This document shows positions 26,174-32,000 of a stretch of 32,000 nt of DNA, piece by piece. Position numbers and translations under genes: made by a program. The stretch is taken from assembly GCA_000025185.1 (NCBI GenBank), contig CP001848.1, positions 5,400,001 through 5,432,000 on the forward strand, written 5' to 3'. The DNA is from Pirellula staleyi DSM 6068 (lineage in GTDB: Bacteria; Planctomycetota; Planctomycetia; Pirellulales; Pirellulaceae). Numbering within the stretch: the first letter of the stretch is position 1; every line of letters starts with the position of its first letter. The notes under the pieces are model-generated. The model saw only the letters and a list, made by a program, of their open reading frames with translations, ran no database searches and was not told the DNA's origin.

Positions 26174-26855
26174 CGGAGTCCTCAGTCGCTTGCTCGCGAG
26201 TGGTTTGAATTGGCAGATGTGTGACAACAAAAACTGGCTGCACACCCCAAACGTAGGTCACGGTTTTGTTAACTTCGCGGAGCGGAAAAAACCTTGCCAA
26301 ATCGCTTGTTTTTCCAGCCCGACTAATCGTTACAACCGCAACCCAGCTACCACCTGTGCATGCACCCGCCGTTTGGCTGGTCGTGCCCAAGATGCGGAAC
26401 TCTACCACCCTGTGCTGGCAATGCCAGCAAAGTGTCTACTAGCAGAGAACAATTGCGTGAACTTGCCGTCTGTTGTTCCGAGCGGCGAAAATTTGCCGCG
26501 CAAACGGCTCCGCATTCAAGCTGCGAAGAGTCGGGTCGTAGCGAGAGAATTCGTCGTGAGGTGGGCGACCCTGCCAGCAAGCCAGCGATGCGAATCCCTG
26601 TCCCAAGATTCGCGCCGACAACAGGGGAGCAGAGAGTTCAAAATCGGCCATCGGCCGACGAACCAATCGCGATCCAAGAACCGCTATACTGCCGCCGAGC
26701 GTATCGACCACCTTTCCGCCTCGAGTTGCTGCTTCCTGAACAAGCACTTCGAGAGGATCTGTGGCACCAAACGCCAGACGGCAAGCGCACCTTTGACGCG
26801 CGATCTCCACCGTTGTCTCGAGATCCCTACGCATCAGCTCCCCCGAGCGTTCGCT

Positions 26856-28493
26856 ATGAAATTTCCAGGTTTTCGACAATGGCACGGCGTCTGCCACTCG
26901 TGGCTCAGGCTACTTAGTGCAATTCTGCTGGCGATGTTCGTGGCCGGTTGCCAAACGGAAACGCCTCCCGATCAAGCTCCACCGTCGCCAGAACTGCCAA
27001 CTTCGGTGGCGGTTCCCACGGAGTCGCTCGAGACCTGGGAAGCCTGTTTTTTGCGGAACTCCGCAGCACTTCCCGCCGGGGCAAAGCTCGGAACGGGGAG
27101 CGAAGCTGCGTACTTGGGCCTCGCGCGCATCGGCTACGTGCAAACGATCGTCGAGCCGATCGAGGAAGCGGGCGAAAAATGCTTGCGGACGACATCGCGA
27201 TCGGTCAGCAGTTTTCAGCGGCTCGGACAAACGGTGCGACAAGAGGTGGTGGTGACATCGGTGGAACGTCTTTCCGGAGAAGTGATTCGGCTTGAGTCGA
27301 CGATGAATGGGGGGGATGCACCGGTCGTTACGAAAGCGAAATTTGGCGAGAACAGCGTCGCGCTAGTGACTGAAACCGCGGGCAAAAAAAGCGAGCAGTC
27401 GCTGCCGTGGTCGCCCGATTATCGAGGTCCATTTGGAGTCGAGCAGTCGCTGCAAGCCGAGCCTCTGAAAACGGGTAAAACCAGGGAAATCAGCCTGTTT
27501 TTGCCTGTGCTGAACATTGTGGGACAAGCCCGACTGGAAGCAGTGGGGCGCGAGCGGGTGGAACTGCCCGGGGGTCAGCAGGAGCTGATTCGGATCACCA
27601 GCAGCACGAAAATCGGCCCACAATCGCTCGACATGCTGATGTGGCAAAACGACGAAGGACAGGTCCTGAAAACCGAAGTGGTTGGCATTGGCCAAGTGAA
27701 CTTTCGAGCGACCCGCGAGGAAGCACTCCGCGATGCCGAGCAGGCCGAACTCGACCTCATGATCACCAGCACAGTGAAGCTGAAAAGTCCTGCGAAAATT
27801 CCGCTCAACGCCAGTAAAGCGGTCTACCTGGCCAAACTGCGTGGAGGAATCGGGAGCACAAAGTTCGAAACCGGTCTATCGCAGCAGGTCGAGAAGCTCG
27901 CCGACGATCAGCTGCGGATCACCGTAAGTCGGGTCACCCCCACAACTCCGCTACCTGAAGATTCCGCGACTAAAATCGAATTCCCCACTGACGACGATTC
28001 CCGCAGCAACTCGCTCATCCAGTCGGATGATCCTGCGGTCGTGGCGCTCGCCCAAGGGGTGGCTGCTGGGGAAACCGAACCCGCTAAAATTGCGATCGCA
28101 CTTGAGCAGCAGGTGCATAGTACAATTACGAAGAAGAACTTTTCGCAGGCGTTTGCTTCGGCAGCCGAAGTGGCGGTCAGCAAGCAGGGGGATTGCACGG
28201 AACACGCGGTCCTTTTGGCGGCGATGTGTCGTGCTCGCGGAATTCCGGCGCGCGTTGCTTTTGGACTGGTGTACTATCCCCCTGAGCAAGGATTCCTGTA
28301 TCACATGTGGAACGAGGTTTGGACTGGCGACCGCTGGGTTCCACTCGATGCCACCTTGGGACAAGGGATCGCGCCGGTCGATCGACTGAAGTTGGCGAGT
28401 TCGAGTCTCGCCGGAGCCAGCCCCTATGCGGCGATGCTCCCGGTGGTGCAAGTGTTTGGACGTTTGGAGCTGGAGGTGATTGAAGTCGAGTGA
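26856..28493 (+). CDS. transglutaminase-like domain lipoprotein
   Basis: In-frame ATG at 26856 gives MKFPGFRQWHGVCHSWLRLLSAILLAMFVAGCQTE (lipobox). The C-terminal transglutaminase-like core is QGDCTEHAVLLAAMCRARGIPARVAFG...YHMWNEVW...WVPLDAT (Cys/His/Asp). The 248-aa upstream extension in the track is Arg/Ser-rich and rejected. Confidence 0.8.
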   Translation: MKFPGFRQWHGVCHSWLRLLSAILLAMFVAGCQTETPPDQAPPSPELPTSVAVPTESLETWEACFLRNSAALPAGAKLGTGSEAAYLGLARIGYVQTIVEPIEEAGEKCLRTTSRSVSSFQRLGQTVRQEVVVTSVERLSGEVIRLESTMNGGDAPVVTKAKFGENSVALVTETAGKKSEQSLPWSPDYRGPFGVEQSLQAEPLKTGKTREISLFLPVLNIVGQARLEAVGRERVELPGGQQELIRITSSTKIGPQSLDMLMWQNDEGQVLKTEVVGIGQVNFRATREEALRDAEQAELDLMITSTVKLKSPAKIPLNASKAVYLAKLRGGIGSTKFETGLSQQVEKLADDQLRITVSRVTPTTPLPEDSATKIEFPTDDDSRSNSLIQSDDPAVVALAQGVAAGETEPAKIAIALEQQVHSTITKKNFSQAFASAAEVAVSKQGDCTEHAVLLAAMCRARGIPARVAFGLVYYPPEQGFLYHMWNEVWTGDRWVPLDATLGQGIAPVDRLKLASSSLAGASPYAAMLPVVQVFGRLELEVIEVE

Positions 28494-29092
28494 ATCAAGT
28501 TACCCGCGAACGCTATCTGCCCCCGTCCGACCTGCCACTTCCGTCGTTACAGCCCGTGCTGAGCACGCCCCGGCTGGCGCTTCGCCCATTCACTCCGGAC
28601 GACGCCGCTGAGGTCCAGCGATTGGCTGGCGACCGCGATGTCGCGGCCACAACTCGGCTGATCCCGCATCCCTATCCCGATGGACTGGCGGAAGCCTTCA
28701 TCCGGTCGCTTCCCGAGCAGTACGAGCATGGCAAAGGGGCCACCTTTGCGATCGCACTCACCGACGGGGCACTAATCGGGGCGATTTCGCTCGCCTTTCA
28801 CTGGGAAGACCAGCATGCCGAGATGGGCTACTGGGTCGGCAAGCCCTACTGGAATCGTGGCTTTTGCACCGAAGCTGCCCGGCGGATCCTCGAATTTGGC
28901 TTTGGCCCGCTGAAACTCTCGCGCGTGTTTGCCAACTACCTGGCCAACAATCCGGCCTCGGGGCGGGTGCTCGCGAAACTAGGCATGCGGCAAGAGGGTT
29001 GCCTGCGACAGCATCGGCTGAAGAACGGCCGATTCGAAGACCTCGTGCTGTGCGGCATTCTGGCCGCTGAGTTTCCACTCGCGCGGAAATAG
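28490..29092 (+). CDS. GNAT family N-acetyltransferase (RimJ/RimL-like)
   Basis: 200 aa. LRPFTPDDAAEVQRLAGDRDV..., YWVGKPYWNRGFCTEAARRILEFGF and NPASGRVLAKLGM are typical GNAT motifs. GTG start overlaps the upstream TGA by 4 nt. Confidence 0.85.
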   Translation: MNQVTRERYLPPSDLPLPSLQPVLSTPRLALRPFTPDDAAEVQRLAGDRDVAATTRLIPHPYPDGLAEAFIRSLPEQYEHGKGATFAIALTDGALIGAISLAFHWEDQHAEMGYWVGKPYWNRGFCTEAARRILEFGFGPLKLSRVFANYLANNPASGRVLAKLGMRQEGCLRQHRLKNGRFEDLVLCGILAAEFPLARK

Positions 29093-29584
29093 TGTTACCA
29101 CGCCGGACGAAGAATCGGTCCCGGCAATCTCTTCTCAGATTCGCCAGTCTTCCAAACGCATAAATAGCACCGCTGATCGGTCCGTCCAAACCTGCGCTGC
29201 TAGCAGGCCAACCGAGCGTAAACACGGTAATTTAGGGCGTTGACTTTCGATTCGTATCAGCCCCGAACTCGCCATACGTACCGAGCGAAATCACCTGCCT
29301 GCTGCGCGTTAAAATCTTTGCACTCACCGCAAACCACCAGAATCTGGCTCTTGGCAATGCTTTTCCCTGCGCATACGCACCACCCAAGCGGGTGTGAGAA
29401 CGCAAATTGCGTAAACTAAGTGCCGAGAGAAAGCTTGGCGATATTAGGTACTACAGGGCATTTGAAGCCACCTTGCCGCCCGTTCCGCTTGTAGTGATGA
29501 ACGGCGACCGTTTCGACGAACCTAGTGATAAGCCCTGGTGAAACTGTCACGGGCGTAGGGGTTCTAACGCGCAAGGCGAAAACG

Positions 29585-30814
29585 ATGAGCGTGCAAGCTG
29601 CAAACCTGATAGCTCGATCAGCGATCCTCTCCACGGCGAGTCTCGTGCTCGTCATGCTCGCTGCCTCGTTTGCCTCGGCCCAGGGGGGACGTCCGTTTGC
29701 ACAGCCGCTGTTCGACCCACCGAACTATGCCCGGTTCGACAACTGCCGCCCGGTGCCTCTGGCTTGGGGCGATTCGCCGTTCTACGACTTCGGCAACTGC
29801 GGCAACGGCGACTGCGGACCGCAGTGTGAAGAGAATGGGGTCAATGGACCAGCGGCTCTAGTCGTCCATCGTCCCAATCTGTGGTACGCCACGGTCGACT
29901 TTGCACCGATGATGTACGATCCCAACACCGGAGTGACGTTCGCACGCGTCGGCCCCACGGGACCTCCCGTCCTGAGCGAAGGGAGCCAGGAATACGAATT
30001 CGATGCGGGGGGCGAATTCACTCTCGGCTTACGTTTTGCCGATCGCTGGCGCGTCGAAGGAACTTATCTCGGCAGCTACCAGTGGCAAGACACCGCCGTC
30101 GCCACTGACACCACCAACCCGAATGATATCGGCGGCATTGGTAACCTCAGTACGCTGCTGTCAAACTTCAACGATCCTGCCGTTGCGGGGCTCGATTACA
30201 ACAGCCAAGTGACGGTCGATACGCGAGCCAGTCTCGAGTCGGCCGAAATCAACTTTCGTTATCGTGTCGACATGCCTGCGGGACCTTTCGATGTCCATCT
30301 GCTGTTCGGTGGCAAATACCTGTCGACCGGCGAGAATCTCGATTTCACTTCGATCGCCGATAGCCCCGGCCCCGACGGCGCAATCAATAACGTGGTGGTC
30401 GATACGCGCAATGAGTTGTGGGGGATGCAGCTTGGCTTTGCCACAAACTGGATGGTGTCGCCACGGTTCTTTCTCGAGACCGATTTGCGTGGCGCTCTCT
30501 GCATGAACGACGCCTCGCAAACCACGGTGTATACCAACACCGACGAGAACAGTGCCGTGACAGTGTTCAACACTGGCGCTGTCCAGGACCGCACCAGTTT
30601 TACCGGCGATCTGGCGATCATCGGCAACTGGCAAGTGACTCCCTATCTCGTGTTCCGCGCTGGCTATCAAGCGTCGCTCGTCACGGGACTTGCCCTCGCC
30701 TCCGAAAACTTGCAAACCAACAACACGCTGCTGCGAAATGGTCCAGGTGTGCTCGTCGACACGGGCGAACTGGTCTATCACGGTCCCGTCGTCGGTTTCA
30801 CCATCATGCGATAA
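29585..30814 (+). CDS. putative outer-membrane beta-barrel protein (BBP7-like)
   Basis: ATG at 29585 after AAGGCGA. Signal peptide ...LVLVMLAASFASAQG. The sequence has alternating amphipathic strand-like segments rich in G/Y/F/T/N (FTLGLRF, RVEGTYLGSY, FGGKYLS, LVFRAGYQASL). The BBP7 family assignment is from memory of planctomycete barrels and is not verified. Confidence 0.5.
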   Translation: MSVQAANLIARSAILSTASLVLVMLAASFASAQGGRPFAQPLFDPPNYARFDNCRPVPLAWGDSPFYDFGNCGNGDCGPQCEENGVNGPAALVVHRPNLWYATVDFAPMMYDPNTGVTFARVGPTGPPVLSEGSQEYEFDAGGEFTLGLRFADRWRVEGTYLGSYQWQDTAVATDTTNPNDIGGIGNLSTLLSNFNDPAVAGLDYNSQVTVDTRASLESAEINFRYRVDMPAGPFDVHLLFGGKYLSTGENLDFTSIADSPGPDGAINNVVVDTRNELWGMQLGFATNWMVSPRFFLETDLRGALCMNDASQTTVYTNTDENSAVTVFNTGAVQDRTSFTGDLAIIGNWQVTPYLVFRAGYQASLVTGLALASENLQTNNTLLRNGPGVLVDTGELVYHGPVVGFTIMR

Positions 30815-30829
30815 GGCAGTGAAATCAAA

Positions 30830-31372
30830 ATGCGGTTCGATTTCGATGCTTTAGTTGAAGTGCTTCGCCTTGCCGTGCTCAGCGCGATTTCTGACCGTGA
30901 CGTTACGATTCGTGAACTGAGCCGCATCGAACCCCTCTGGGCGGTTTCGTTGGATATTCTTCCCTGGCAACCCTATGTCGGCATCGCTTTCAGACTGGAG
31001 AGCGAGTCGGACTATGGTGCCTCATCGAATTCTGCCGACTGGAAGCACTCGCATTTCATCGAAAATATTTCCAGTGCGCCGCTTTCCGTTGCTGCTGACT
31101 ATGTGCATCGCCTACACCAAGAGTTCAACGAAGATGTCTCTTTAGAAGTCTCGCACCTGATCCTCCTGGCTGGTGCTCATGCTCTACTAGACAGTCGTGT
31201 CGCACTGCTTTTGCGGTCCATTGGAATCGATGCACCTGAAATCAATGAGCGACTGAGTGGCACATACTTCAAGTACTTCGTAATCGATTCCGATGGGACA
31301 ATCAAAGCAAATTACTGCGACATCGTCCGGGCAAATCGGGCCACTCGATTCATGCTCGGTCGCATTGCGTAA
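30830..31372 (+). CDS. hypothetical protein
   Basis: 180 aa. ATG 16 nt after the upstream stop. Visibly more A/T-rich than its neighbours. No recognisable motif. Confidence 0.5.
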   Translation: MRFDFDALVEVLRLAVLSAISDRDVTIRELSRIEPLWAVSLDILPWQPYVGIAFRLESESDYGASSNSADWKHSHFIENISSAPLSVAADYVHRLHQEFNEDVSLEVSHLILLAGAHALLDSRVALLLRSIGIDAPEINERLSGTYFKYFVIDSDGTIKANYCDIVRANRATRFMLGRIA

Positions 31373-31620
31373 CCCGTATTGACCAGCTCTTGTTTCGTCC
31401 AAAAGTGGCAAAGATACGCACGTATAGCCTAACTAGCGGTTCAACCCGACGTATGCCGCGATAAGAGTTTGGTATATCACGTCACGTCTGGGTACACGCG
31501 GGTTAACCTGGGCGATAGAGCGAGTGCAGTCGGCAAACAGCTCCACTGCTGGGCAAGACAGCAGTGCCACCCGAAAAACGTGTCATTGTTTGAATTACAG
31601 ACGACTAGAACACGCTCAAG

Positions 31621-31660
31621 AAAATAAAAAAGACATCGCCAGGGAGAGTGGCGATGTCTT
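31621..31660 (-). terminator. intrinsic terminator (minus strand)
   Basis: Perfect 10-bp stem agacatcgcc / ggcgatgtct (31631-31640 and 31650-31659) with a 9-nt loop. On the minus strand it is followed by TTTTTATTTT (complement of 31621-31630). It lies about 90 nt downstream of the stop at 31751. Confidence 0.6.
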
Positions 31661-31750
31661 ACGGAGAGGTTGATTTTTACGCTGCGAACGAATCGTTCGT
31701 TTTGAAGGCAACTGCCTAAGTGAGCAGTGCCGCGAGCTTGGCAGTCCAAA

Positions 31751-32000
31751 TTAAGGATTGACCATCACGCCAGGCTGTCCGGTTGCTGTCGGAGCAACGA
31801 CCGGCACGTCAATGTCGAACTTCCCATTGGCGCTCGTCAGATCCACCGCTTTCTCGAAGCGTGGAAACATCCGGACGTTAGAGACTTCGTCTCCCCCTTC
31901 GCCAGCCCCTGCTGCAGAGGCTGGAGCAAAACCTTCGACAGCCACGATCATCGGTCCCGAAGGGGCTCCCATGCCACCATCCGACGAGGTGTCGTACTTG
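31751..32000 (-). CDS. hypothetical protein, N-terminus beyond the window
   Basis: The reading frame ending at 31751 stays open to base 32000 (...KYDTSSDGGMGAPSGPMIVAVEGF...VMVNP-stop). The track shows only the part from an internal Met at 31972. Confidence 0.45.
   Translation of the reverse strand, partial: KYDTSSDGGMGAPSGPMIVAVEGFAPASAAGAGEGGDEVSNVRMFPRFEKAVDLTSANGKFDIDVPVVAPTATGQPGVMVNP

Noticed and set aside
26112-26855. A 248-aa N-terminal extension of the transglutaminase-like ORF.
   Set aside because: The composition is unprotein-like, it overlaps the divergent gene start, and a canonical lipoprotein signal begins at the ATG at 26856.
29344-29361. A sigma-54-like TGGCTCTTGGCAATGCT sequence upstream of the barrel-protein gene.
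   Set aside because: The GG-to-GC spacing is off by one nucleotide and the -12 box is AATGC rather than TTGC.
31438-31447. A GGTTCAACCC string resembling a tRNA T-loop.
   Set aside because: The flanking bases do not form a T-stem (agcgg versus cgacg), and no acceptor or anticodon arms could be built.
31477-31749. A 90-aa minus-strand ORF in the A/T-rich gap.
   Set aside because: It is Cys/Arg-rich and spans the terminator hairpins, so it is likely spurious.

Overview
High-GC bacterial chromosomal window with Planctomycetota hallmarks: a DUF1559 prepilin-like protein, a DUF1501 plus PSCyt/DUF1549/DUF1553 gene pair, a second truncated PSCyt/DUF1549 gene, and a BBP7-like barrel. I support about 27 protein-coding genes. 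I saw no rRNA, tRNA, CRISPR array, transposase or integrase. Ordinary content: tsaC/sua5, a nitrogen-sensing cluster (amt, P-II, glnD), a PduO-type corrinoid adenosyltransferase, a TolB-like beta-propeller, a NUDIX hydrolase, a transglutaminase-like lipoprotein and a GNAT acetyltransferase. The standout is an eight-gene minus-strand operon (12869-19945) encoding a complete eukaryote-like ubiquitylation toolkit. It contains a 95-aa beta-grasp-like protein ending in a free Gly, an E2 with HPN-x7-Cys, and a collinear E2 paralogue with Asn at the Cys position (UEV-like). It also contains a ThiF/MoeB-type E1, two JAMM/MPN+ metalloproteases (one with two TM helices and a coiled coil), and two tandem membrane-anchored proteins ending in an 8-ligand RING-like zinc finger. 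Three gene junctions are 4-nt start/stop overlaps. Related gene neighbourhoods were predicted computationally, and an archaeal version has been reconstituted. I know of no experimentally characterised bacterial version with this architecture, and I cannot run a search to confirm that. All calls come from reading the six-frame translations and the sequence by eye. No HMM, BLAST or folding computation was run.
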